Shown one piece after another: positions 14,928-27,667 of a stretch of 64,000 bases of DNA (position 1 is its first letter; every line of letters starts with the position of its first letter). This DNA is from Cystobasidiomycetes sp. EMM_F5 (taxonomy: Eukaryota). Made by a program: the position numbers and the translations under genes. The DNA is taken from NCBI GenBank assembly GCA_051047955.1, contig JBPGPT010000022.1, positions 1 through 64,000 of the forward strand. The letters run 5' to 3'. The notes beneath the pieces are model-generated. The model searched no databases. It had not been told where the DNA came from and saw only the letters and a list, made by a program, of their open reading frames with translations.

Positions 14928-15583
14928 TCATCTTCGAGCCGGTACTCGGTATTCGATATTGAGGCTACCCTGTACTCTAGATGGCCCGGCGGCAGGACTC
15001 CCATTGCGGCTCCGGTCGGTAGAACGGCCGCTGCGCCCTCTGTTAGCTGCTTGCAGCAAGTTTGTCAACACGACAAGATATGCAGTCTTAACATACCGCA
15101 AACGACTCACGCGATGTAGGATTGCCATGTTGTCCACAATCGACTTGCATGTTAGATTTAGGCCGGCCACACCTTTGTCCGTTGGGTAGGCTTGCGAGGC
15201 AGTGTTTGCCACAATCCCTCGGAAATGGGTTCTTGGCGTTATTGCACTCGTCACCATTCACGAGCCATCGACAGTGCATGCCGCAATCATTCTCGAGATA
15301 GCAGCCGTTCCAAAAATTGAAACCTCCGCAAGCGCGATTGCCAGTCTCTTTCAGCGTCTTTGGGCACAGACATCGTCTACAGCGGTCTCCCCTGTATGCC
15401 AGAATCTCTGGGTGATGCTTGCACTTGTGCGGGAGGTGACAGACTCGACTTTCCTCCAAAGCGAATTCTGTGCAAGATGGGAATGTGCAGCGAATATTGC
15501 TGCCACTGTTTGCTACATTAGTCCGAAGGTTGATTTTATGTGGATGGCAGCAAGAGCGCGACATACCGAACTATATGAGGCAT
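14928..15583 (-). CDS. Cys/His zinc-finger-repeat protein, paralogue B (5 units); 3 exons
   Basis: MPHIVR|GSNIRCTFPSC...VCHLPH KCKHH...CRRC ...DCGMH...DCGKH...DCGQH; same intron phases; tail GRSGRSTDRSRNGSP. Confidence 0.75.
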
Positions 15584-16015
15584 TGGGACCAGAAAATAAG
15601 TGCAAAGTCGCCGGAGTTTGAGCCGAGTCTTGGTAACACGTTGAGAGCACTAGAGATGAAGGAAAGCAAAGAGCATTACAGCTCTCGTGCCATTTTATGG
15701 GTGCATTGGCGATGCCAACCTTGTCAGACAAAGACTCGCCGGTTCTCGGGGATGGACATATGCGTGGGACCGATTGATGTGGCCGAGGGAAAGCCGTGCA
15801 CTCACTTCGGCTGCTTATTGAAAGGTCACCCAACCTCGAACATGCCAGCCGGAACCGTACGTGCGGGCGCATGCGCGTGCGTAGAAGTCATGAAATCGCA
15901 GTCCCGACCACTGCAGCCAGACGGGCACATGGTTGTCATAATGTAGGCAGATTTGGCTTCAGAACCATGCTGGCCAGATGGGATGTTCTTGCAAAGCTCA
16001 CTGCACGAGGCAGAT

Positions 16016-16099
16016 CGCTCCGTCCTGCGCTCGGCGGAATCGAAGCCGAATGTGCGTTGCATTTGACCTCTGGTATGTTTGCAGTAAAAGTCTGATCCG
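16016..16099 (-). pseudogene. Truncated, frameshifted relic of the 3' end of GT71 copy 2
   Basis: GSDFYCKHTRGQMQRTFGF versus GSDFYCKRTRGQMQRTFGF at ~17680-17765; high nucleotide identity, with a 1-nt indel after FGF. Confidence 0.8.
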
Positions 16100-16517
16100 T
16101 AAGCGTTGCTCAACCAAGGTCTCAAAGGTGATTAACCGTGTCCAGCTCTGCCACAGTGCTGGATCGAATTTGGGCAGGATCCTGCATCAGAATCGATTCA
16201 CCGGCTTGAAAGGCAATGAAGTAAATTAGGTGGCTTCAGCAGAATATGTCATAGGTATGTCTCAAGACACCGGAAAGCTATCTCACATATGAGCGAGCAG
16301 ACCTGTCAGCATTGTTCTGCGCGTCAATCTACCATTTGCCTCAATGGAGCGTTTCGATGTCGCACAAGAAGGCCAGGTAGCAGAGACTGCTCAATACCGA
16401 GGACAAGGAGTACATAGCGGTTGCCCTCGCCTAAATGTAGTGACACAGCGAGCAGGATAAGAAGACAGAGTATACAATGTCGAGGCAGTGATACACGTTG
16501 ACAGGCTTAGTTCACGT

Positions 16518-17159
16518 TCAACCCCATGGATCTTGATTGGTCCAGACGCGGTTAGCTGGATCATTAGCAAAGCTAACACGCCGCCCGTTAAGGGGAGCTC
16601 TTTGAGCTGTGCCGGATCCATTGCGGCTGCGGCTGCGGCTACCTTGACCGGGACTTCGGCTGCGATTGCGATCTGTCGTATTATCGCGACCTGACCCAGT
16701 CGAAGACTGATTGTCAGAGATGAACGACGGTCAGAGCAGATCATAAACACCTACCCCGCACACTTCCATGCCTTTGGCAGTCGACCTGAGCCAGTGTCTT
16801 TATTAGATTACATTGTACTACACCGATGACAACTCGACAGTGTCGGCCGCAATCCTCTTGCCCTGTCTCGGTATTGCATGCGAGAAGGCAAGGCCGTCCC
16901 GTCTCTCGGACATACTTTGGGCATGTGCAGAGATCACAGCGGTTGACAGAAACGACCGGTCTCGATGCGTGTATAGAACACATGTGTCGCACCCAACAGA
17001 ATGGGGATCCGCTGATGCATGAATTGCTGCAGCTGGGATACTCGCAAGTGCGCGCAGTATCGAACCTAAATCGTGTCATCGGAATAGTAACAATGATATC
17101 AGTCGGGATTATCCATAAGCGCACCGCGTCCGAGCAACGCACGACATAAAACCAGGCAT
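16518..17159 (-). CDS. Cys/His zinc-finger-repeat protein, paralogue C (4 units); 3 exons
   Basis: MPGFMS|FDTARTCEYPSC...FCWVRH MCSIH...CDLC ...DCGRH...DCQRH; tail RNRSRSPGQGSRSRSRNG...GRRVSFAND. Confidence 0.75.
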
Positions 17160-17661
17160 ATTTTGGAGGGCGCGAAGGATCTTGCGTCACAATGTATGAA
17201 AGCGAGCGATGAAAGACTTCCTAATCAGAAGCCGGAACGCAGATTGGAAAGCCAAGACCGATATCGAATTTGAGTGAATTTGAGTTTCCGCGGCTGCAAA
17301 GGCGATGATGGTCCGTGGTCTGACACCATCGCCCGATCCGGTCCCATTGCGAGCCAGTCTGCAGCGCCATCACAGTGATACGCAGCTGACGAGGACTTCG
17401 CAACGCGGAACGTCGATCGGCCAGAACGCGCTCTCCGGGACAAGCCAGACTGTCGGCCTTTATCTGTGTGCAGAGCTGCAGTGTATGCCAAAGTACGTCC
17501 CCGTACGAGCATGCAACGGGCGGCGACTGTTCATTAGGGCTTTAGACACCGACAGAGAACAAGTCTGTGGGTCTTTGATGGCCAAAAAGCAGTCGACGAT
17601 AGTATGCCAGTGTTCGTATCCGTTTACGTGAGCCATGTCCGGCTGCTGTCCTGTACTGGTC

Positions 17662-19331
17662 CTAATCGATGATACACACCGCTCCATCTTGCGCTTTGCG
17701 GAATCGAAAGCCAAATGTGCGTTGCATTTGACCTCGAGTGCGTTTGCAGTAAAAGTCCGATCCGAGAGCAACACTTCGACAAGCAGTATGTTCGAGTGCT
17801 CTCCAGATATTGCGCTCTGGATCCATGTCGATCCCATAGACACGATCAAACTCCTTCTGCCATATCAGTGGCTGGTGCTGACGTAGTAGCTTCCGCATTG
17901 CGTGATACTGTCCAAGCCGCCATTGGTACCAGAAGCGAGCATACGGCTGTATCCACCATGGATCAAACAAGCTGGCGAGTGACCACTTGATGCTGTTTGA
18001 GTGCAGGAACAGAGCCCTGAACGACTTGTCTGGATGTGCAGGATCGGCTTGGACCATCGACGCCAGGGTTGTGGAATTCGTCAGGAAGGCAGATCGGGTG
18101 GGATGCGGTACAAAATGATACGGCTCATCGAGAACCTTCAGCGCCAGGGGGAAAGTGTCTTTGTCGCCGTAGCCAGCCATATCAAGAGCCAGAACAGTGT
18201 CATACCAGAATGTCACGCCGTAGAAATTATAGTAGGCCACCAGCAAAAGGGACTGCAATGCATGTCAGCATTAAGCGAGACTTCCTCCAAAATTCCTTGG
18301 TCAACCCACCTTCCAGTGACGCTTCTTGTCCCACAGTATCTGACCAGACTCTGCTGTCTGGTCGTCGAAGTAAAGAGTCGATTGCTCGTCTGTGACTCCG
18401 ACAATGTAGGGGAGCCAGACAGATCCGCCGTGCCTCCAGTAATCCTGCCAAATGACAGCACCGGTCAATTTGTAGGGCGTAGCGTCAAAGATGGTGTCTG
18501 GGTTGCTGAGGACAAAGTTGTCGGCATCGAGATAGAGAACCTCCTGAAAAGCGGAGAACAGTATGGCGAAGACCTTAAGCTGATAACCGCTAGTAAGGAG
18601 GGCCATGTGCCCTGCTGAGATGTAATCTCCTATCCGCCTGCACGTCATTCCTTCTGTCTCCAACTCTGCGCACCACCCTGGCGTTTCGTCTTTCGTGTCT
18701 TTGAACCAGACTTCGACAGGCAGACGAGAGCCAGATTCGCGTAGGATTCCCAGCGCCGTTGCTGCATACCCAGAGTACCTCGAACCAGCCATCATGACGA
18801 TGCCTTTGGCGCTAAAGAAACCGAGGGGCTGCGTGGTGTATGCTGGCAATGCTGCAACGACATTCGCATGAGCGACGCGGGCATCTAGAGCCGTTTCAGG
18901 CGTGAAATGGTTCCACTTGTCTCGGTGGGGTTCGTTGTTTACGAAGAGAGCATGCAGCCCATTCCACAGCGCTGTCAGCTGGTCGACCTCTGTATCAGTC
19001 CGGTCCAAGGGTCTCTTGATATTGTTCGGGTTTGAGCGCGACACGCTGGGACCGCAAGGAGCAACCTGAGACTGGGACTGAGGGAGCTCCACGAGATAGT
19101 CTGTACGGCCAGCGCTGAAGATGGTCAGTCGAGCCAGGGTGCTCAGCGCGACGATGACAGCGATGAAGCCATAAAGTGCCCGACGGCGGCTGGTGGAAGT
19201 CGACGAGGCTGACGAGAGCAGAGTATGTATCGTCAGTCGAGCTGGATTTCAATTCATTATATCGCACCTCCAGCAGTCCCCAGAGCAGCATAGCCAGTCT
19301 TGTCTTTGCGACGACGACTCCAAGTGACCAT
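17662..19331 (-). CDS. GT71 mannosyltransferase, copy 2
   Basis: MVTWSRRRK..| TM RRRALYGFIAVIVALSTL, KGIVMMAG, LPVEVW, VLYLDADN, WQDYW, ESGQILWDKKRHWK, GYGDKDTFPLAL (no intron at GDK). Confidence 0.88.
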
Positions 19332-19480
19332 ATCGTCTCGACAGCTAATCCCTACGCGCAGTCAGGGCTGGAGACTGCTGACGTTTACTGATGAGGACTG
19401 CAGAGTCAAGGCTGATTCCGATTTAAACATGCGTTGTGCTGACATCTAAAGCTATGAAAATGATCCTAATGATACGTAAA

Positions 19481-21460
19481 CTATCTTGTAAGGTCGCCAG
19501 ATACACACGCTCCGTCAGCAGCGCGTATTCCAAAGACCGTACGCAACCTTTCTCGCGCCTTCACGCAAGATCTATCGTTTCCGAATGAAGAGCTTTTGCA
19601 GGCCGTATACTCCAACGCCCTCCAAATCCTGGCTTCTAGGTCCATTCCCATTCTCTGCTCTAGTGCCGGCTTGACACTCAAGAGGCGCTGGCTCATTGAC
19701 AATCGAGATCGGACCGTAGACCACTTCCGCTTGAAAGCTGCAAAGAACAATTGTCGTAGCTCATCGACCCACCGCGAAGGGATAAGAGCGCGCACCGACC
19801 ATTTGATGGCATGGGCGTGCACAAACATGGGCGGGCCGGTAGGATTCGTCGGATCAGCTTGCAGCATCACGGCGCTTATGTCTGTCCCGTCGAGGTGAGC
19901 GATTTCCAAGGGTGTAGGAACGATATGGAAAGACTCGTTGAGTGCTCGCAAGGCTAGCGGAAACGTATCCTTGTCGCCCCAGCCAAAACCTTCGCCTACG
20001 GTTGCAGTCCACCAGAAATTTGGTCCGTACATATTGTAGAAGACCGTTAAGAGAAGGCTCTATACAAATGGACGTCAATATCATGCTATTACTGGTAATT
20101 GACTGCCTACCTTCCAATGTTTACGCCTGTTCCAGACAAGTTGTCCTGATTCTACGGTTTGCAGGTCAAAAAGCATGTCTGATTTCGAGTCCGACAGGCC
20201 AACCAAGTATGGCAGCCATGGCGAATTCACCGACTTCCATTTGTCCGGCCATAGTACCGCCCCGGTCTCTCTGTACACTTGCCAATCAAAGAGTTTATCT
20301 GGGTTAACGAAAGGCATACTGTCGGCATCCAACAAGAGGAATTCGTCAAACGTCGAAAAGATGGTGATCAGGGCTTTCCACTGATACGCTGACCAAAGCT
20401 GCGCCCTCTTTCTTGAGTAAGTTTGCTCAAGCCACGACATCGGATTCAGCCAATCCCACTTCGAGCCGACCTCAAGGTAGTCTGAGAGCCTGCGACACGA
20501 TGCTCCTAGTGTCTGCTCTATCTCTGCACACCATTCCGAATTCTCTTCGGCTTCGTCCTTCGTCCATATCTCTACTGGAAGTGTAGATCCAGTCGAGCGC
20601 AACACACTCAGAGTGGTTGCAGCGTATCCAGTAAACTTGGACCCTGCCAAGATGATAATTCCTCTTCGATTCGGGTACATCGGATCCGCCGAGTTTGCCG
20701 TCTCATTTGCTGTCGTTCGATCAGGATACTCAGGCAGAGCATCCACGATCCGCTGGTGAGCAAGACGTGTTTGTGAAGCGTCTTCCGAAGACATGAGATT
20801 CCGCCTGTCCGCCATCTCTGCCGTGTATGAAAGCAGACGTGGCTTGTTGGGTTTCCGCCAGCCCATCGGTCTCCACAATCGACGTGGCTGAGGGGCATTC
20901 GACGCGAACAAGCTTTCCATTTCATCCCAGAGTCGTACCAGCCTCTCCTTAGACTGCTGACTACGTTTCTGTGGTGGACAGACATAATGCTCAAATATAT
21001 TGCATTGTTCGACATCCTGCTCGTTCGCGGGTGGTGCTGCTATCGGCTCAGATGCAGGATACTGACCATTGGCAATTGGGAGAGCGCTTTCGTCGGAATG
21101 CCCTGCCAGCCGGGCAGGGGCTGCAATTGGCACGGCCTGTGGATAGACATGATACATTGCGGAAGACGATGACGACGCCGACATCGCATCTGGCGCTGTG
21201 ATTGACTGCGGAGACGGTACCGCGTTCATCGTACTGATCTCTAGATCAGCCGAAGGCGCCCAGCTTGCCGGCGCGTGCAAGTGGTACCAAAGTCCGTATG
21301 TCACGACGACCGAAATGCATATCTGGGTGATGCCGAATCTCAACGAGCCTAACGCTGCAGTCACACAGTATTCAGGCACCGTTTACTGATGAAGTCGTGC
21401 GTTTGCACTATAGCAGTACTCACCTCTTGCACGCGCCATCGCGCTCAATCGACTCGACAT
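19481..21460 (-). CDS. GT71 mannosyltransferase, copy 3 (start codon uncertain, 21439-21475)
   Basis: TM GITQICISVVVTYGLWY, RGIIILAG, LPVEIW, LLLDADS, WPDKW, ESGQLVWNRRKHWK, GWGDKDTFPLAL. Confidence 0.88.
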
Positions 21461-21692
21461 ACAGACATCATGCATGTCTGCTAAGCTCCTACTCTGCGCG
21501 CAGTCGGACACCGAAACGCTCAGGATTACCGAACCGTTTAAATGTGGTGCACAAAGGGTTGCTAATGATGCTACAGTCGGCAGTCAGCCGCACGTGTTCA
21601 CATGGGCTTCTGGGTCCTTGTGCTGTATGACTATCACTTAATGCCTTCGAATCTGACAACATCATCGCTCATACGACTGTCTACTACCAATC

Positions 21693-22671
21693 CTACAAGA
21701 ACTTCTTAGCGCTCGAGATGCCTAACCGAGAAATGCTACTAAGTCCTTGCGTTCGAGACTGCCAGAATTGCGTTGCAACTGTTACAGGACGCACCAAGTG
21801 GCCGTTCCCAGCGCGGCCAGCACCATTTGGGGTCTGTTGCCGAAGATTTGAGCCTGTTTCAAGTGGATCGCGTAAGGCCGATGATGTCAAACAACGGCAT
21901 CGTACTATGTATCTGTCGCTACTCACTTGGCTGTCCGCCATGCCGTCCGCAATCCTTCTGCGCCGGCGTCTTCGCTTCATTGCATATGCGACCAAGTATC
22001 TCGTATGTGCATTTGTGTCGACCGCAGCTCTTCCAGCTCGGCAATTTTGACTGACCGCATTTGACGCCATCCGTAAGTAAATGGCACACATGCTCTCCGC
22101 AGTGGTGCATCGGTGGCTTTTTGAGCCGGCCGCAACTGCGCCCACCGACTGGGGTTGTGCAATTGTGTCGTCCGCAAGTCTCGACGTCTCTTCCTTTTCT
22201 TCGAGTACACATCAGCTCTTTGGTGACCTGAAAACGGCAGTGTGTCCCGCAATCGATCTCGCTCAATTCCTTCATGAAGGTGCAAGAACCCAATCGACCC
22301 ATGAATTGACAGTGTCGCCCGCAGTCCTCTCCGCCTTTAATCTTGGGGCGGACACATTTACGGGAGACGCCCGTTCGAGGGTGCGTCTTGTGATGATCTG
22401 GCTTCATGCATTGACACTCATGACACGCGTCAGACACGCCGCTCGTTCTCTTCGGATGATTGATGCATGCGTGTACGTTCTCGCAGTAGTCGCTGTCAAG
22501 CAGAGCTTGCTTTGTGCAATCGGTAGCAATGCAAATTCTGGAAGCATGGAACTCCGACCTGACAGAACTTGCATCAGCTACCAACTGTAGGACGGTAAGA
22601 GCCTTCCCCGCTTACGGATGGAGTGGCGGAGGTGCGGGACGATCTTTCGTGAAATTCGTTACAGTGGACAT
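21693..22671 (-). CDS. Cys/His zinc-finger-repeat protein, paralogue D (8 units); 3 exons
   Basis: CIATDC...YCENVH ACINH...CHEC, then six C-x(8-17)-C-x10-C-G-x-H units; phase-2 first and phase-1 last introns, as in A-C. Confidence 0.8.
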
Positions 22672-23021
22672 GGTGGTGACCAGGACTGTACCCACCGGAT
22701 ACAAGGAATCGCCAGACTTGTAAGGCGGCTTTTGAAGGCTGGGCGGCAGTGCTCGATGTCAGCGTAGCAAACCGGACTCTGTTCAGCAAAATGCATCGCC
22801 TTCCGGGTCCGCGCAGTCAGCTGCGATGGTCAGGACTCCGAGGGCCAACGGGTTGGGCAGTCATTCGCGAGCGAGCAGCGAGGGGAAAAGTCAAGGTTGC
22901 TCGCTTGTTGGTATTAATTTGCGTTATCAAGGGCTGCGAGCTGACGAGTACATATCAGCAAATGATCTAATACTGATCTATGTTGCCTTCAAAAGGAGTT
23001 CGGCTGTAAAGCTCTGTTATC

Positions 23022-24837
23022 CTACATCAGCTTGTGCCCGCAAGACCGTTCATCTATTCCTCTACTGAATTGAGTTCCTAATGCCTTCTGCATGTAAGAA
23101 CGTAACGCATCGCACAACTGCTGATTGCCGAATGCCTCGCTGTAACAAGCGGTATCTTGCAGCGCATTCCAGATTAGGGACTCATTATCCATCATGGGGC
23201 TTCCGGGGTGCAATTGTGATGCTGCTTGTTGTGGCATCTCGTACAATCGCTGGTGGGAAAAGATGCGCTCCCGGAAGATCCTAAATTTGCGCTCGTGCAG
23301 GCCTCGAAACCAACCTCCGAAGGCTTTGGACCAATCTAGCAAGCCAAATACATGACCGTCTGCATGACTTTCCAGAAGTGTGGACGCGATTACGCCTTGA
23401 AGAGCCATCTTGATGGCGTTACAATGGAAGAATAGAGGCGGTCCATTGACGTCCGATGGATGCGACTGAACCATTGCAACAAGCGTACGTTTTCCTGAGG
23501 TCCGGGTTGCGAGGAAAGCGGATCGTGGAGGTCCCGGTATGAGATGAAACGGCTGCCGTAACGCCCGAAGAGCGATAGGGAACGTATCCTACAGACAATA
23601 GAAGCATTAGTCAGACCCCTTGCTGCGACATTGGCGCAGTTGTCGGACTTACTTTATCGCCCCAACCATTTCCAAGGTCTACCGTGAGCGTGTACCAGAA
23701 ATTCGGGCCTGCATAGGCATAGTAGGCTGCTAGGAGTAGAGGCTGCGATGTGTGCATTTTGTAAGCTTGCTGCTCTAGACAAATATCATTGGAGTGGCTT
23801 AGACGTACCTTCCAGTGCGTGCGCTTGTTCCACAACATCTGCCCAGACTCTACGGTTTGTTCTCCGTAGAGCATATCGGATTTATCTGCTGTCATGCCTA
23901 CGATATACGGCAGCCAGGGCGAGGTGACGTATCGCCAGTAATCCGGCCACAATACTACTCCATTGTTGCGATAATGATGATCTTCGAACAGACTGTCCGG
24001 ATTGAGGAGTGGCATGCTATCAGCGTCTAGAAAAAGCACTTCTTCAAATGTCGAAAAGAGAATTGCGAAAGTCTTCCACTGATAGGCAGACCATGGTACG
24101 TATTCCGCTGACTTTAGCCACGAGAAAGGATTGAACCAGTCGGAAGGACTACCGAGGCGAATGTATTCTGCCAGCATCCTGCATACAGCACCCTGCTCTG
24201 CAAGTTCGCTGCACCACCTTTTCCGATCTTCACTTCCATTCTTCATCCATACTTCCACTGGCAACTTTGATCCGCTCTGTCTGAGCATGCCTAGCGTTGT
24301 GGCAGCATATCCCGAGTATTTCCCTCCTGCAAGGATGACTATTCCGCGTCCGCCTCTATAAAGCGAATTTGCATTCACCAGATCCCACTCCGGTAGTCCA
24401 GATACGACATTTGCATGCGCTGAGCGCGTCTTTGCAGCATTATCTGCACCTGGAAACCCTCGTTCTGCCGCTTTCTTGGAAGTATACTCGCTGAGAGCTT
24501 TCTTGCCTAGGCGATTGAAGTACGGTCGCATCACTCTGTTTGGATGTGGAGGATTGTCTGCAAACAGTGTCTGCAGGTCTTGCCATACGCGTGCTAGACC
24601 ATCCTTTTCGTTTTGCATCCTGTCGGGCGGTACCCACTTTTGCATTTCGACAGAGCGGAGAATAGTACCGTTACATGATGACGGAGAAAGTGGTGAGATG
24701 GACGAGGGATCTGTGTATGTTGGCGCGGGAGTATAACGGCGTTGCGACCAGTATGACAGGGTCAATGCGGTCGCGACTGCAACACAGCCATACAACAAGT
24801 TTGACCACCTCCTAGACGAGCCTGCAATGAACATCAT
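23022..24837 (-). CDS. GT71 mannosyltransferase, copy 4
   Basis: TM LLYGCVAVATALTLSYW, GRGIVILAGG, LPVEVW, VLFLDADS, WPDYW, HWK intron, GWGDK intron 23589-23652. Confidence 0.88.
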
Positions 24838-25590
24838 TCGTCAGAGTATCAAATCAATATGTCTAGACGTCTCCCCACCTCTGGGAACCATCCATCTCGG
24901 CCGGACTTGGGGAGCCAAGGGTTTGGTAATGACGAGCATCATTATACGAGCGAGTCAAGTCGGGCTCCAGAGAGGCAGATTGTCAGCTCGATATCATTAC
25001 TTATTCAATCAGTCTCCATCGTCAGCACCACATTCACATCAGTTCTTTGTTCTTTCGCGGTCTGTGCCCGCAAGCCGCAAATTGTGCACGGTCGCATGCC
25101 GTAATGCCAGTGCATAGTTACTTGAGTACGCTGTAATCTCGACATGTCGATGTCATCTCCTCTCCAGGTGCTGTGAGTTGTTTTCAGGTCGGCTGCGAAG
25201 AGGAAACCCATACACTCAAATGATCTTTCAAAAGCCCTTCGCGACATAATCGACGAGGTGCTCCCCATGCGTTCATGGACTGCTTCGACTTGTTGGAGAA
25301 GGAGCCTTCATACTGAATTGCGCGTTCAGACAACTACTTGGTAACAGAGCAGCAAAATATAAAGACAACGACAAACTGTTTCTACTTCTACTGCTGCAAA
25401 GTGATTCTTGTATGATGAGCTCTATGGAACGACTTACTTATGCGTGACTGAAGTTCGAAGTGTACGCATTGCCCTGCAATGCATGTGCATGTGCGTTGCG
25501 AAATGTCTCTCTCGATATATACGATGTTTGTGGGCGGATTAAGAATACGGAGATGTGAACCCAAGCCTATTGACGTTGTCGAGCTCAATA

Positions 25591-27667
25591 TTACGACCAT
25601 GCAGGACCAGCCGCGATTCCAGGTATTCCCAATTTGCACAACCATTTCGGTGCTGACGGCGTCGGCGTGTAGCCATACGCTTTTTCACGGTATCGTCTGA
25701 CAGTCTCGCACTTGGTCGCTGATCCCATCGCGGAAGACCAGCATGCGATGTTTTGTACGACTCTCCAAATGTCCGGTTCTGGGTCGAGATTAAAGTCGTC
25801 TACTAGTTCTTTGGGTCGCAAGACTCGCCGCCCTTCCTCGAGCGCAGGACGGGCTTGAGTATTCCACGATAGCAGATCGGTGATGCCCCACTTGATGATG
25901 TTGGCGTGCAAAAACATTGGAGGACCGAATGGATCCGTGGCAGATGATTGAAGCATTCCTGTCCCTCCTCCAGTGTCGTCAATGAAGACTGTCCGGACTC
26001 CCTGCGGAATGAAGTGGAAGGATTCGCCGAGTGCGCGTAGGGCAGTTCCGAACGTGTCCTTCAGATACAATGCTCTTCAGGACCTGCGGCAGGCGGTTGG
26101 TGTATAATATCGAGCCACTCACCTTGTCTCCCCATCCAGCGTAGCCATTGGTAATGGCCATGTACCAGAACGTGGGCCCAAAGTAATTGTAGTACATGGC
26201 GAGAACGAGGGACTGTATGTCCGTAACAAGGCAAATCAGCATTGCTCACGTCCAGCACGCGTCGTAGAAATCAAAATTGCCCACCTTCCAATGCCTCCTC
26301 TTATCCCACAAGAGCTGCCCCGACTCTGCCGTTTGTGTGTCCTTGAGCATCCACGACCTTTCTCCAGTCAGGCCAATCAGGTACGGCAGCCACGGTGTTC
26401 CAGAATGACCCCAGTAATCTGGCCATACGACCGCTCCATGCTGCATGTACCCGTCCGAATCAAACACGGAATCAGGATTCATCATTACCAAATTGTCTGC
26501 GTCTAGGAGTAGAATCTCTTCAAAGCCCGAGAGGAGCATTGCGAGTGCTTTATACTGGTATCCCGACGAAAAGGGAGTCGATTTACTCGGCCCAGCCAGC
26601 CCAAAGTATCTCGATTCTTGACCAAACAAGTGTGATGGGACGTAGTCTGTCAATCTACGGCATACGGCACCTTCTGAAGGGAGTTCGTCGCACCATCCGG
26701 CAAAATGCTCTTCGGAAGCGTCACGTAGCCAGACTTCTACTGGCAGACGGGACCCAGCTGTACGGAGCATACCGAGTGCAGTCGCTGCGTACTGAGCATA
26801 GTTGCCTCCACCGAGAATGACAATTCCTCGTCCCTGAAAGAGGGTCGTGGTATTGTCATTATCGTCCTGTGGCCAGCTGGGTATCTTGTCTACGAGATCT
26901 CTGTGCGTGTCGCGCGTACGGGTTGCATCGTCTTGGGAGAGGTGGACATAGTCGTCGAGTTGAGCGTCGGTGTACTCTCTGAATGCCTGTGGTTGTTTTA
27001 CGCGTGGTATACTCACTGGCTGGGGAGGGTGCGAGTCGTAGAGTGCTTGAAGGGATTGCCAGAGCTGGGCTCGTCTGTTAGATAGATCGAGCGGAGGGGG
27101 AGAGACGGACCCCGGTGCTCCCGTCCCCGGGAGTATCTCGCTAGCCGGGATCGAGTACGCGCACTCCCCTGCAACGACGCTCGATATCGCCGACAGTCGC
27201 ATCGACACCTGCCCAATCCTCTCTGTCCCGTATATAAATAGTCCGGTGAGGATGATTGCAGTCGAGTAGACGATGATTCGGCGTGTTGTTGGACTCGTGG
27301 AAGGAGAGCGTGAGTGTGGTAGGTGTGCATGCTCCAGCTCGTCCTTGGCAGAGTACTGGCTCGTCGGAGAGCGTGTCCCATCGAGGGATGCCTGTCGGAT
27401 GGACGACGAGAGGGGGAGGAGGGCGTCTGAGGTATACGACGGTGTCAGTGCCATCAATACATTCAAAAAGTCAGCCCACCCACACTTTGCATCGCTGCTG
27501 GCAGTCCTCGAATGAGTCTTGCTCCTCCAACCGGGCACCCATCCTCTGACGGCGTTGAGTGAGCGTGCAATCATGGCTGCTGGTGATCTGCTCTCGTTAC
27601 TACCATCACCCTCCGACACCCCATCGATGTCGATGTCGTCCAGAAGAGTGCTCGTGCTGCTGTCCAT
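25591..27667 (-). CDS. GT71 mannosyltransferase, copy 5 (long cytosolic N-terminus)
   Basis: TM RRIIVYSTAIILTGLFIY, GRGIVILGGG, LPVEVW, ILLLDADN, WPDYW, HWK intron, GWGDK intron, PMFLHANIIKW. Confidence 0.88.

Noticed and set aside
13527..22671. Cys-rich ORFs as secreted effectors or metallothioneins
   Set aside because: No signal peptides; regular C-C-C-H spacing indicates zinc fingers.
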